Below are positions 29,474 to 38,699 of a stretch of DNA of 64,000 nucleotides, piece after piece (position 1 is the stretch's first letter; every line of letters begins with the position of its first letter). The notes under the pieces were generated by a model, which did not search any database, was not told the DNA's origin, and saw nothing but the letters and a program-made list of their open reading frames with translations. Origin of the DNA: a phage. The DNA lies in NCBI GenBank assembly GCA_024875585.1, contig GCA_024875585.1_4107.1; one strand, given 5' to 3'. A program made the translations under genes and the position numbers.

Positions 29474-30159
29474 TTAAAGATTTAGATAGAATTTTATATG
29501 TACTAAGGGGTGTAATTACATTACATCCACACATCAATCGAATTGAAAGTACATTTCAGTTGGAGTCAAGAGAAACTCAATATTCACATATATCAAATGT
29601 AGTTGGCTCACTTAGTACTGAAGACTCGCCTTACGATATTTGTGTATGTGAAGTACAACCAAGTTCGGATCTTGGATTTGCTATTTTTGATAAAAATCAA
29701 AATCTCATTAGTATGTTTCAGTGCAATAATCCTTTTTGGAAAACATGCCTGTATCCAGAGTGGGCTATGCTTGATCCAACCAAGAGCACCATTAAAGTTT
29801 ATGACTCTAAAAATGATGAAGTCGTTATTGATTTGGATGAGTCAATGTCCGAGGAAGAACACTTTCAGCTAATGATGATGCGTGCTATGCCTGAATACAA
29901 TGCAATGATTAACACTGTGCAATACATTAAGGATACCATGCCATCATTGCGTACACATGAGTTTTGTCATCCGGTATTGTATGAACATTTAGATTTAGAT
30001 TTCAGTACTATTAAATTTAAAGATAGTGTCATTGAGTATATCCAAGAGGTTACTAAATTCGATTTCATTAGTACAATGAATAATAACCCTGAAACAAATT
30101 TCAGACGACAATACAATGAATCTTTGTCTAATGGACGTGATACAAGTTGGTGGAAATAA
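29470..30159 (+). CDS. family-A-like protein (EEEHFQLMMMR)
   Basis: 229-aa ORF. Confidence 0.6.
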   Translation: MIKDLDRILYVLRGVITLHPHINRIESTFQLESRETQYSHISNVVGSLSTEDSPYDICVCEVQPSSDLGFAIFDKNQNLISMFQCNNPFWKTCLYPEWAMLDPTKSTIKVYDSKNDEVVIDLDESMSEEEHFQLMMMRAMPEYNAMINTVQYIKDTMPSLRTHEFCHPVLYEHLDLDFSTIKFKDSVIEYIQEVTKFDFISTMNNNPETNFRRQYNESLSNGRDTSWWK

Positions 30160-30160
30160 T

Positions 30161-30424
30161 ATGAATATTCAAGATAGATTACAATTACTATACACTATTG
30201 AACAGGCTGCTTTTGAACTTGTTAATAAAATCTCCGAAGAACTTCCCAAAGGAACTATAGTTCGTGTACGTGAGAGGGATTATGAATCTGGAGAAATTGA
30301 AGAACTAGTACTGACCGTGAATAAAGTAACATACTATGAATCTGAGTTGGCTATCCAATGTAGATCGGAAGATGGTAAAATATACTATTATGACACTGGT
30401 GTAGATATAGAGGTAATAAAATGA
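30161..30424 (+). CDS. family-B small protein
   Basis: ORF; ATG 30161. Confidence 0.5.
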   Translation: MNIQDRLQLLYTIEQAAFELVNKISEELPKGTIVRVRERDYESGEIEELVLTVNKVTYYESELAIQCRSEDGKIYYYDTGVDIEVIK

Positions 30425-31563
30425 CCCTTTTGCAAATATATGAAGATTTAATGCACTTGTGCAATACAAACGATGCGTTCTTTTATGTGGATCATAAAAG
30501 TCCTGCTGGTGGAACGTATCGTGTATTCAGTTATCGTCTAGCATCATATACTGATTTCATGCAACCCAATGCATTAGAAACCCGTGGATCTATGTGGGAA
30601 ATTGATGAAGAAGGTAATATGATTCGTTGTGCTGCTCGTACTATGAAAAAGTTCTTTAATGCTTACGAGAATCCTGCTACAATGTTCCCTGCTAACACCA
30701 CATGCGATGACATTGCAGTAGTGATGCCTAAATTGGATGGTTCAGTGATCAGTACTTACCGTGACAATGATGGTGAGATTCGTTGTAAATCACATACTGC
30801 ATTGTATTCTGACCATGCGATTAACAGTACTCGACTTATTAACGAGAACCAGAATCTATATCAGTACATCGATGAAGCTGAACGTTTAGGTTACACAGTT
30901 AATATGGAGTATACAAGCCCAGAGTACCGAATTGTATTACCGTATCAGGTAGAACAATTGTTTGTGCTGAACGTTCGTCATCGTGTAAGTGGTGAGTTGC
31001 TATGTGGTAAAGCATTACGTGATAAGTTTCCATGTCTTTCACAGTACAGCACTAATATGACAGGAAAAGATATTCATCACACTTTTCCTGTGCGAAATTC
31101 ATTCCGTGAAAGCGTTGATGAAGTTCATAAAATGCTTGACATTGAGGGTTTTGTTTGCATTTTAAAAGATGGGACAATGTGTAAAATAAAGACTGACTGG
31201 TACAGTTCATTACATCTTACAAAAGATAGTATTATTATTGATTCTCATTTATATGAAGCTGTATTAAATGGTTCAAGTGATGATTTAAAACAATTGTTCA
31301 GTTCTGACGAATATGCTATGCAAAAGATATTAAGAATGGAACAGTTGGTTTTTTCGTGCTATAATGCATTACAAGATGAAGTAGAAAGCTTCGTCAATGA
31401 ACACAAGCACTTAGAGCGAAAGGAATTCGCATTGAAGGTTCAGACGTGCTTATCTAGTGAACTGAATCGTCAGGGCTTGGCATTTGCAATGTATAATAAT
31501 AAGAAAGTTGATTACAAAGATACACTTATCAAATACATGAAAATTATACTAAAAGATTTTTAG
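30421..31563 (+). CDS. rnlA: RNA ligase 1 (T4 gp63/RnlA-like)
   Basis: 380 aa; N-terminal GGTYRVFSY...ALETRG and KxDG adenylation motif (MPKLDGS), laid out as I recall T4 Rnl1. Confidence 0.88.
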   Translation: MTLLQIYEDLMHLCNTNDAFFYVDHKSPAGGTYRVFSYRLASYTDFMQPNALETRGSMWEIDEEGNMIRCAARTMKKFFNAYENPATMFPANTTCDDIAVVMPKLDGSVISTYRDNDGEIRCKSHTALYSDHAINSTRLINENQNLYQYIDEAERLGYTVNMEYTSPEYRIVLPYQVEQLFVLNVRHRVSGELLCGKALRDKFPCLSQYSTNMTGKDIHHTFPVRNSFRESVDEVHKMLDIEGFVCILKDGTMCKIKTDWYSSLHLTKDSIIIDSHLYEAVLNGSSDDLKQLFSSDEYAMQKILRMEQLVFSCYNALQDEVESFVNEHKHLERKEFALKVQTCLSSELNRQGLAFAMYNNKKVDYKDTLIKYMKIILKDF

Positions 31564-31593
31564 TACTAACTAGCCTAAGCACAAGGAGAAGTG

Positions 31594-31848
31594 ATGGCTA
31601 AACCTAAGTATAAAAATGACGGTTCCCTTTCTCCAACTGAGTTCAGGAAAATACAACAAGAAATCGATGAATTACAGCACAAACGCTCAATGAAAGGTGT
31701 GAAGATAAGTAAGAAGAGAATCGAGAATACTTTCGGATGTAGTAGTACTGAATATAAGAAGAAAAGGAAACCGAAGGGTGTTAAGCCGAGAATACATGAT
31801 GTAACTCGCTATACATCAAAACGTGAAAATAAATTTGATCCACTATAA
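31594..31848 (+). CDS. small basic protein
   Basis: 84-aa Lys/Arg-rich ORF with AAGGAG RBS. Confidence 0.5.
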   Translation: MAKPKYKNDGSLSPTEFRKIQQEIDELQHKRSMKGVKISKKRIENTFGCSSTEYKKKRKPKGVKPRIHDVTRYTSKRENKFDPL

Positions 31849-31857
31849 GGAGTTCAT

Positions 31858-32088
31858 ATGAAAGTTGAAGTTCAGCATAGTATTGTTCAAGATATGTCTG
31901 TAGTTAAATTTCTTTCATTAAAAGATTACTTTAGATGTATCAAGTTCCTAGAAGAATCTCATTTAAAATGGACTCCATTAAAGTACAGTTCATCCAAAGA
32001 CACTGCTAGTATTCGTTGTGATGAAGCTGTACTCGTAAAAATCTCTAAAAGATTTGGGATAGGTAAAGTGAATGAGCACAGTAAATGA
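31858..32088 (+). CDS. hypothetical small protein
   Basis: 76-aa ORF. Confidence 0.5.
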   Translation: MKVEVQHSIVQDMSVVKFLSLKDYFRCIKFLEESHLKWTPLKYSSSKDTASIRCDEAVLVKISKRFGIGKVNEHSK

Positions 32089-32326
32089 ACTAAAATACTA
32101 CAACAAAATTGCGGATACGTTTATTACTCATTTATATGAAGAATTCAGTAGTATCCGCAAGGAATATACAGGTAAATGTATTTTATATAGTTCTTATCTT
32201 AGTGGAAGAATTGAACGTGCTTACATTACTAAAGTGAAGTTTTCTGATGATTATCAATTACTATTTGAATTGGATGATTGTTTAGTCATTGAAGCTGATT
32301 TAATAGTAGATGTGCTGAACAATTGA
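32072..32326 (+). CDS. hypothetical small protein
   Basis: 84-aa ORF. Confidence 0.5.
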   Translation: MSTVNELKYYNKIADTFITHLYEEFSSIRKEYTGKCILYSSYLSGRIERAYITKVKFSDDYQLLFELDDCLVIEADLIVDVLNN

Positions 32327-32332
32327 GGACAT

Positions 32333-32647
32333 ATGAATAAAGAACTTGCATATAAGGGTATCGAAAAGCTAAAGTTCGTTGAAAAGGAACTAATAGAATC
32401 AGTTGAAACAATGGTTGAAGATTACGTTTTTGATTTTAAGAAAACATTAATTGGATGTAAAGTCAAATGCTGGGATCATACCATTAGAGAATGGTTCAGT
32501 GCTATAATTCTTGATGTTAAAGTATCTCGAACTGGTATTGGTAACTTAGTAAATGGTGAATGCTTTGTATACACTGAATACAATAACGGTACAAGACACC
32601 TTTCAAAAGGATGGCACAATCTCGAAGATGTAGAATTCATTGAGTAA
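32333..32647 (+). CDS. family-B small protein (LIGCKVKC)
   Basis: 104-aa ORF. Confidence 0.5.
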   Translation: MNKELAYKGIEKLKFVEKELIESVETMVEDYVFDFKKTLIGCKVKCWDHTIREWFSAIILDVKVSRTGIGNLVNGECFVYTEYNNGTRHLSKGWHNLEDVEFIE

Positions 32648-32659
32648 CAAGGAGTAATA

Positions 32660-33592
32660 ATGCCAACTATCACCTTAACAATTGGGTTGCCTGGGTGTGG
32701 TAAAACTACATGGGCAGTGCAAGAGATTAAAAACGCCAAATCTAAGACTATCAACATCAACCGTGATGATATTCGTGAATCTATGGCGGGGTCACATGAT
32801 GCTTACAAATTCAACGATGCTAATGAGCAGTACGTAACTACTTTACAGTTCAGTGCAGCAAATTTAGCAGCAGAGAATGGTTGGAACATCATCATATCCG
32901 ATACGAACCTTAAACAACATTTCCGTGATCTCTGGAAAGTATGGGCTAAAGATAATGATTATGATTACAAAGAAAAGAACTTCTATGATGATTTTGTACC
33001 TAATGAAGACCGTGGTGCAGATGTTCATGAATTCTTTAAGATTAAAGAGTTCGTAAAACTTTGTAAGAAATATAACCGCCAGCGTGAGCGTTCAGTACAA
33101 GATAATATCATTGACACTATGGCAGATACTTACTATTATAGTAAAGCAATGCACATTGGTTACTATGGTAATTCAAGAGAAGCCGCTGTTATCGTTGATA
33201 TTGACGGAACTCTTGCTCATAAATGGGGTCGTAATCCTTACGATGAAAGTACTGTACTACAAGATACACCAGATGAAGAAGTTATTTTGTCTATTATCGC
33301 TGAAGCAGTTTTCCATAAACGTAAGATTATTGTAATGAGTGGGCGTACTGAAGGGTGTCGTGCAGACACAGAACAGTGGCTTAAGAATTGGGGTGTTCCT
33401 TACGATGCATTGTTTATGCGAGGCATCGATGATAAACGACCCGATGATGTGGTAAAATATGAGTTGTATATGAATAACGTCGTGCATCATTACGATGTTA
33501 AAAAAGTATACGATGACAGATCACAAGTCGTATTCATGTGGCGTAAACTACTTGGATTAAAAGTGATGCAAGTTGCAGAAGGAAATTTCTGA
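32660..33592 (+). CDS. pseT: polynucleotide 5'-kinase/3'-phosphatase (T4 PseT-like)
   Basis: P-loop GLPGCGKTT in the N-terminal kinase domain; HAD phosphatase motif DIDGTLA plus DDR near the C-terminus; AAGGAG RBS. Confidence 0.9.
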   Translation: MPTITLTIGLPGCGKTTWAVQEIKNAKSKTININRDDIRESMAGSHDAYKFNDANEQYVTTLQFSAANLAAENGWNIIISDTNLKQHFRDLWKVWAKDNDYDYKEKNFYDDFVPNEDRGADVHEFFKIKEFVKLCKKYNRQRERSVQDNIIDTMADTYYYSKAMHIGYYGNSREAAVIVDIDGTLAHKWGRNPYDESTVLQDTPDEEVILSIIAEAVFHKRKIIVMSGRTEGCRADTEQWLKNWGVPYDALFMRGIDDKRPDDVVKYELYMNNVVHHYDVKKVYDDRSQVVFMWRKLLGLKVMQVAEGNF

Positions 33593-33597
33593 CACAA

Positions 33598-33628
33598 AAG
33601 GGATCAATGTATGATCCCTTTTTCTTTT
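33598..33628 (+). terminator. rho-independent terminator
   Basis: hairpin gggatca-atgta-tgatccc then TTTTTC. Confidence 0.8.
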
Positions 33629-33640
33629 AAGGTATATTAT

Positions 33641-33817
33641 AATGAATGTAAAAACACAGATGTTATTACAAAAAGAATACTTAGAAAATATAGAAATGTT
33701 CTATAGATTGTCTTTATACGAAAATAAACATAAAAAATATAACTTTTCTAAACAACTAACCACAAGTACTAATGATTATCTATTTTCATCAATGTTTTAT
33801 GTGAGAGGTTTATTATA
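33641..33817 (+). CDS. small hypothetical protein (58 aa)
   Basis: ORF below track cutoff; stop overlaps the next ATG (TAATG). Confidence 0.3.
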
Positions 33818-34075
33818 ATGGATAAATTTCACACAGATATAACACAGATAGGTAATCTTATCAATAGTCTAATTACTGATTTAGAAGAAAAGTACTTAGG
33901 TCGAAATGTATACGTTGAAATGTATGAAACATATGGTGTTATTGATATGATTTATTACAGTGCATTGAAGTGTGAAATACGTTTAACAGTATGTTTGTTT
34001 GAAAAAGATACATTCAACAGAAGTACTGCAATTCGTCAGGTTGGTGTAGATGACATTGAATTATATGAGGAATAA
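33818..34075 (+). CDS. family-B small protein (KYLGRNVYV)
   Basis: 85-aa ORF. Confidence 0.55.
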   Translation: MDKFHTDITQIGNLINSLITDLEEKYLGRNVYVEMYETYGVIDMIYYSALKCEIRLTVCLFEKDTFNRSTAIRQVGVDDIELYEE

Positions 34076-34329
34076 TGATGTTTGAACAGGACGTAGAGCT
34101 ATTCAAAAGACATATTGAATATTTGACTGTTTTAGAGAATGATTTAACCACAAAATACAAAGGAATTAGAGTCCAGTGTTGGTATGATGACTGGGATTAT
34201 AAAAGGGAACTTACTATTGACCGAATTTATTTCAGTGATGGTGTACTGAATGTACATGGTGTAAATGATTTTGGTCATTCATATACATATTCTAATAATG
34301 CTAAATTTAAAAGGATCTGCAATGAATGA
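34075..34329 (+). CDS. family-B small protein (KYKGIRVQC)
   Basis: 84-aa ORF. Confidence 0.55.
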   Translation: MMFEQDVELFKRHIEYLTVLENDLTTKYKGIRVQCWYDDWDYKRELTIDRIYFSDGVLNVHGVNDFGHSYTYSNNAKFKRICNE

Positions 34330-34624
34330 ATATTATCATAATTTATTCGATTACATAAAACTAATAGATGATCTTTCTTTTGAATTTCTCAGTACTGAAA
34401 AAGTTGATGAACCTCTCTATTATGATTGTATTAGTTCACTGTGTTTAGATGAAAAAGAGATATTAGCAAATAACTTACCATCCACGGTCTGTGTAATCAA
34501 TGGTTCCAAGGCTGTGGTGTCTGAGGTTAATTTTCATAAATCACTTAATACAATTGTTTACAAGTTCGATAACACTTGGTTTAATCACGTAACTAGTAAT
34601 ATTAAATCTGTGAGATTTTTATGA
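34322..34624 (+). CDS. hypothetical small protein
   Basis: ORF; start ATG 34322. Confidence 0.5.
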   Translation: MNEYYHNLFDYIKLIDDLSFEFLSTEKVDEPLYYDCISSLCLDEKEILANNLPSTVCVINGSKAVVSEVNFHKSLNTIVYKFDNTWFNHVTSNIKSVRFL

Positions 34625-34917
34625 ATATAAAAAAATTATTTGAACAAGTAAATTTATTGTACTTGTGTTCAGACGGCTCAGATAAGGAATATAGTGAAGT
34701 TTATTTAGAACTATTTAGAACTGAAATACATCTAATTCGAAGATACCTAATTGATAACAAAACTGAAGTAAAAGTTAGATACCATAATGGTACTTTAAAG
34801 AATGGTATAATTATTGGATTGATAGTTACAAGAATGTCCAGTAATATTAAAGTTGCAGTAAGATTAATGACTGATGATGGTGTCTACACAATAGAAGCTA
34901 ATGAGATTATATATTAA
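34621..34917 (+). CDS. hypothetical small protein
   Basis: 98-aa ORF, ATGA overlap. Confidence 0.5.
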   Translation: MNIKKLFEQVNLLYLCSDGSDKEYSEVYLELFRTEIHLIRRYLIDNKTEVKVRYHNGTLKNGIIIGLIVTRMSSNIKVAVRLMTDDGVYTIEANEIIY

Positions 34918-35223
34918 ATGGATATACAAACATTCAATAAACTAAAGTACTATGATAATGGTTTTGTATTAATAATTAACGAACTTGATAGTATACCATA
35001 CGAATATCATAATCAAGTAATGAATATAGTAAAAAATATATGTGAAGAACTAAAAAGTATATTTAAAAATGAATATGTTTATGATTTAGGTAATAATAGA
35101 ACAAAACTATACATAAAGAAATTCTGGGGAACACATTGTGGTTTGATGGTCGATTTGGGTTTAAGTTTAGACAATAATTTCGAATCATGTTCATTATATT
35201 TGGACGAAATGAGAATCTCATGA
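34918..35223 (+). CDS. hypothetical small protein
   Basis: 101-aa ORF. Confidence 0.5.
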   Translation: MDIQTFNKLKYYDNGFVLIINELDSIPYEYHNQVMNIVKNICEELKSIFKNEYVYDLGNNRTKLYIKKFWGTHCGLMVDLGLSLDNNFESCSLYLDEMRIS

Positions 35224-35240
35224 GACATAAGGACATTCGG

Positions 35241-35249
35241 TGATATAAT
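35241..35249 (+). promoter_or_regulatory. TGATATAAT extended -10 promoter element
   Basis: intergenic, upstream of ORF 35281. Confidence 0.45.
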
Positions 35250-35280
35250 TTGATTATATCATTAATAAGGAGAGGTTGAA

Positions 35281-35607
35281 GTGAATGGGTCGTTTTTAGA
35301 AATACTAGAAAAGACAACTGGGATGCTTTCAAGTTCACTAATGCACATTTTCAGTACTAGTAATTTTTACGATTCGCGTGTGTTAGATGTAATTTGTAAT
35401 AGCTATGTTGAATGTGTGTCTAATACAATATGTCCATTTAACGCTTATTCAAATGATGGTGTTGAAAAGTTTATTATATCCAAGATTCAATGTGGTTTTG
35501 GTGATTGGATAGTTCTATGTGAACGTAGTGGTGTGTCTTTATACATCGAAGAAATTGGAAAATTTATATACAAAGGAGTAGAATATGTTAGTCCCAATTA
35601 TTATTAG
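35281..35607 (+). CDS. hypothetical protein
   Basis: 108-aa ORF; GTG start after AAGGAGAGG. Confidence 0.5.
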   Translation: MNGSFLEILEKTTGMLSSSLMHIFSTSNFYDSRVLDVICNSYVECVSNTICPFNAYSNDGVEKFIISKIQCGFGDWIVLCERSGVSLYIEEIGKFIYKGVEYVSPNYY

Positions 35608-36232
35608 TAGTGCATATGTCATCGGTATTATTATTTCTGGTATGCTTGCATATAACTATAACAGAAGTATTCTAGGTTATGCAGTACTTGGTGCAGTTCT
35701 AAGTCCAGTAATTGCAATTGGTGTTCTTATCATCTTAGGTGAGAAAAACACAAAATATTTTATTACTGAAGAACTTGATAAAATCACTCCAGCACCGGAG
35801 ACGGTTATTCCAGAAGTTGAAGAAGAAGTAAAAGAAGTTGAAGTTCAAATGCAAGTTAAAGTACATAATACACTCGAAGAAACTGATCCTAAAGTTGTGG
35901 TGAATGTAGTTCCTGTCGTTGAAGATGTAAAACCAAAAGCCCAAAGATCCAAAAAAACCACTAAAACACAGAAAAATACTAAAACTGCAAAAAAATCACG
36001 TAACACTAAAGGTAAGAATAAAGGGAAATCGACGGATGAACAACAACTAGGTGTTCATAACCATACTGCACAAATTACATCGGCAGCGGCAGCGGGGGCA
36101 ATCGTAACATCACCAATCTACAACAATGATGATTACAGTGATTATAGTCGTCACAGTAGTTCCCCTTCTGATTCTTGTTCTTATGATAGTTCTAGCTCTG
36201 ATTCAAGTTCATCTTCTGGAAGTTGTGATTAA
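35585..36232 (+). CDS. membrane protein with Lys-rich linker and Ser/Asp-rich C-terminal tail
   Basis: two N-terminal hydrophobic helices, then a KTQKNTKTAKK stretch, then SSSDSSSSSGS low complexity. Confidence 0.55.
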   Translation: MLVPIIISSAYVIGIIISGMLAYNYNRSILGYAVLGAVLSPVIAIGVLIILGEKNTKYFITEELDKITPAPETVIPEVEEEVKEVEVQMQVKVHNTLEETDPKVVVNVVPVVEDVKPKAQRSKKTTKTQKNTKTAKKSRNTKGKNKGKSTDEQQLGVHNHTAQITSAAAAGAIVTSPIYNNDDYSDYSRHSSSPSDSCSYDSSSSDSSSSSGSCD

Positions 36233-36561
36233 TGTCAATGAAACCACTAATTCAACATAATATTTTTTATAGTTCATTATTCAAAATACAAGATGATTTT
36301 TATCAGACGTTGAGTAATGATCTTATAGGTAAAACTGTACGATATTCGGACCAATACATCAAACGTATGACAAGTCAGTATATTGACCCTGAATACGAAT
36401 ACGACATTGAACACATTAATCCCAATACTAGAATGAAAATCATTGAGATATTTAAGAATGGGAGAACTATAGGTGCTGAAATTGAGTACTTGAATTGTGA
36501 TTGTTATATAGATACAGAGTTGAGTTTGGATTATCTTGTTTTAGTGGATGATGAGGAATAA
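36232..36561 (+). CDS. family-B small protein (LIGKTVRY)
   Basis: 109-aa ORF. Confidence 0.55.
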   Translation: MSMKPLIQHNIFYSSLFKIQDDFYQTLSNDLIGKTVRYSDQYIKRMTSQYIDPEYEYDIEHINPNTRMKIIEIFKNGRTIGAEIEYLNCDCYIDTELSLDYLVLVDDEE

Positions 36562-36563
36562 TT

Positions 36564-36779
36564 ATGATAACATTTTTCGCAATATATGGATTTGTGGTAT
36601 TTGTCACATTTATAACCAACTTTTTAGTACTTAATTGGGGTTGTTTTAAAGATGAAATCATGATTGCCATGAATCTCCAAACAGCCGCACTAATGGCTAT
36701 TATTTGGCCTGTAACGTTAGTATACCTTTTTATTTCACTTACTCAAGATATTATTAACAAATATAAGAGAAAGAACTAA
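36564..36779 (+). CDS. small membrane protein
   Basis: 71-aa ORF with two hydrophobic segments. Confidence 0.5.
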   Translation: MITFFAIYGFVVFVTFITNFLVLNWGCFKDEIMIAMNLQTAALMAIIWPVTLVYLFISLTQDIINKYKRKN

Positions 36780-37036
36780 TGTTCAAAACCGACTTATCAC
36801 ATTTTCGATATCTTAGGTCTTTGGCTGATGATTTTATAAATGATCTTAAGCCAAAATATATTGGTCAAGAAGTACGATTAATAAACTCCAGAGGGTATGG
36901 AAAGTATATTATATCGGATATGTATATTAGTGCAGGTGAGTGGCGTTTTAAAATTAACACTTATCTTAAAGATGGTTCTTTTGCTGGAACACAAGTTACT
37001 AAACATACTAATATTATATGGTTGGAGCAACAATGA
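36779..37036 (+). CDS. family-B small protein (KYIGQEVRL)
   Basis: 85-aa ORF. Confidence 0.55.
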   Translation: MFKTDLSHFRYLRSLADDFINDLKPKYIGQEVRLINSRGYGKYIISDMYISAGEWRFKINTYLKDGSFAGTQVTKHTNIIWLEQQ

Positions 37037-37776
37037 AACACTTTTTAGAAGTAACCGTGCCTGATGATAAAGATTTATATATTGTAGGTGATTTGCATGG
37101 TAATGGTAAACTATGGGATGCTACAGTAAAAGAATTTGGTATTACACACAATGATTATGTTTTCAGTGTAGGTGATGTTATCGACCGTGGAGAACAAAAT
37201 TCAAAGCTCCTATTTGAATTTTTGTTCGGAGAAAATCGTTACATGATTGCTGGAAATCATGAGATGATGTGTGTTGATTCAGAAACACTTCGAGATTGGT
37301 ATCATTGTTGGATAAGTAATGGCGGTGATAAATTCCTTGATGAAGTTGGGGGAACAGGCATTCAATTCTTTCGTCAGTACTTGAAAGATTTACCTATGAT
37401 TATCCAAATCAACCATAGAGGCTTGAAGATCGGGTTAGTTCATGCTGGAGTTCCTTTGGAATATACAACATGGGAACGATTTGTTAATGGGACAAAATCA
37501 CTTAGTGCTGATATAGTTGATAAGTGTTTGTGGGATAGGAAAACATTCGATTATTGTAGGACAAATAATACTTATTATGCACCTAAGTTAGATGGAGTGC
37601 ATTGTGTCTTTAGTGGACATACAGCAGTTACTGAACCACTCATTTATGGCAATCGCATTTGGATTGATAGTCAGTTCTTGACGGGTGACTTAACTCTCGC
37701 TACTCCACAAAGTGGTGGGATGAGATACTTACGTAAAGAAAAAGATGAGTACTCATTCAGTCGTTTCAAAAGGTAA
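37033..37776 (+). CDS. PPP-family metallophosphatase (Ser/Thr phosphatase or ApaH-like)
   Basis: signature motifs GDLHGN, GDVIDRG, GNHE. Confidence 0.75.
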   Translation: MKHFLEVTVPDDKDLYIVGDLHGNGKLWDATVKEFGITHNDYVFSVGDVIDRGEQNSKLLFEFLFGENRYMIAGNHEMMCVDSETLRDWYHCWISNGGDKFLDEVGGTGIQFFRQYLKDLPMIIQINHRGLKIGLVHAGVPLEYTTWERFVNGTKSLSADIVDKCLWDRKTFDYCRTNNTYYAPKLDGVHCVFSGHTAVTEPLIYGNRIWIDSQFLTGDLTLATPQSGGMRYLRKEKDEYSFSRFKR

Positions 37777-37781
37777 TAATT

Positions 37782-38051
37782 ATGCATGATGTAGTTAAAA
37801 AATATTTGAATGATAGATATATCATGGAAAAATCTATTAATTCTATCCTAAAAGATCATGATAATCAAATACGTGAGATTCTATCAAATAAACTTATTGG
37901 TTGTTCAGTTGAGTTCAACTACAAAAAGAATGTAGTGAAGATTGGAGTTATTAAACGTGTAGTTGCTGTTTATGTCCAAAATGTATATGTTGAAATTGAA
38001 TATGATGGTAAATTATCACAATTAAGCACTGAAGATTTAACATTTTTATAA
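37782..38051 (+). CDS. family-B small protein (LIGCSVEF)
   Basis: 89-aa ORF. Confidence 0.55.
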   Translation: MHDVVKKYLNDRYIMEKSINSILKDHDNQIREILSNKLIGCSVEFNYKKNVVKIGVIKRVVAVYVQNVYVEIEYDGKLSQLSTEDLTFL

Positions 38052-38061
38052 GGAAATAGAA

Positions 38062-38289
38062 ATGAAAGTAATTCAAGTTATGGTAGAAAAATACCAAACT
38101 GAAGATGGTCGTATTTTTGATTCAGCTAAACAAGCTGAACATCATGAACGTATTATTTCGGGTACACGTAAAGTGTGTCCTACATGTAATGGAACACAAC
38201 AAGTGCCGTCAGAAGATTACCGCAGCTTTTATGCTTGTCCATACTGTGATGGGAAAGGCTATGTAGAAAAACAAGAGGTATGGAAATGA
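38062..38289 (+). CDS. small zinc-ribbon protein (CPTC...CPYC)
   Basis: 75-aa ORF with two CxxC pairs. Confidence 0.5.
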   Translation: MKVIQVMVEKYQTEDGRIFDSAKQAEHHERIISGTRKVCPTCNGTQQVPSEDYRSFYACPYCDGKGYVEKQEVWK

Positions 38290-38699
38290 AATTGTATTGC
38301 TTAACTAATATGTACTGTCAAGGTGTCCAAGCTGGTATTCAAGCATTTCATGCTGGTGTTAAACTAATCAAAGAATATGAAGGTACTGCTTTCAGTACTA
38401 TGATTGATGAATGGTATAATGAGCACGAAACTATTGTAGTACTAAATGCGGGTGGACATGATAAATTAAATTCTTATTATAAAGACCTTAACAAACAGGG
38501 AACAGTTCCGTTTGCCAAATTCAATGAAGCTGGATTGAATGATGCTATTACATGTATCGCAGTACTGTGTACATCTGAAATGATTGAAGACATGGCTGTT
38601 ATGCGTATGAATCTTCCTGCTGGTGATCAGCTAATGCAAGTGAAATATGGTGCATTGTTTGACACACTTAAAGCAATCAGTACGATGAGGACAATTTGA
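38280..38699 (+). CDS. hypothetical protein
   Basis: 139-aa ORF. Confidence 0.55.
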   Translation: MEMKLYCLTNMYCQGVQAGIQAFHAGVKLIKEYEGTAFSTMIDEWYNEHETIVVLNAGGHDKLNSYYKDLNKQGTVPFAKFNEAGLNDAITCIAVLCTSEMIEDMAVMRMNLPAGDQLMQVKYGALFDTLKAISTMRTI

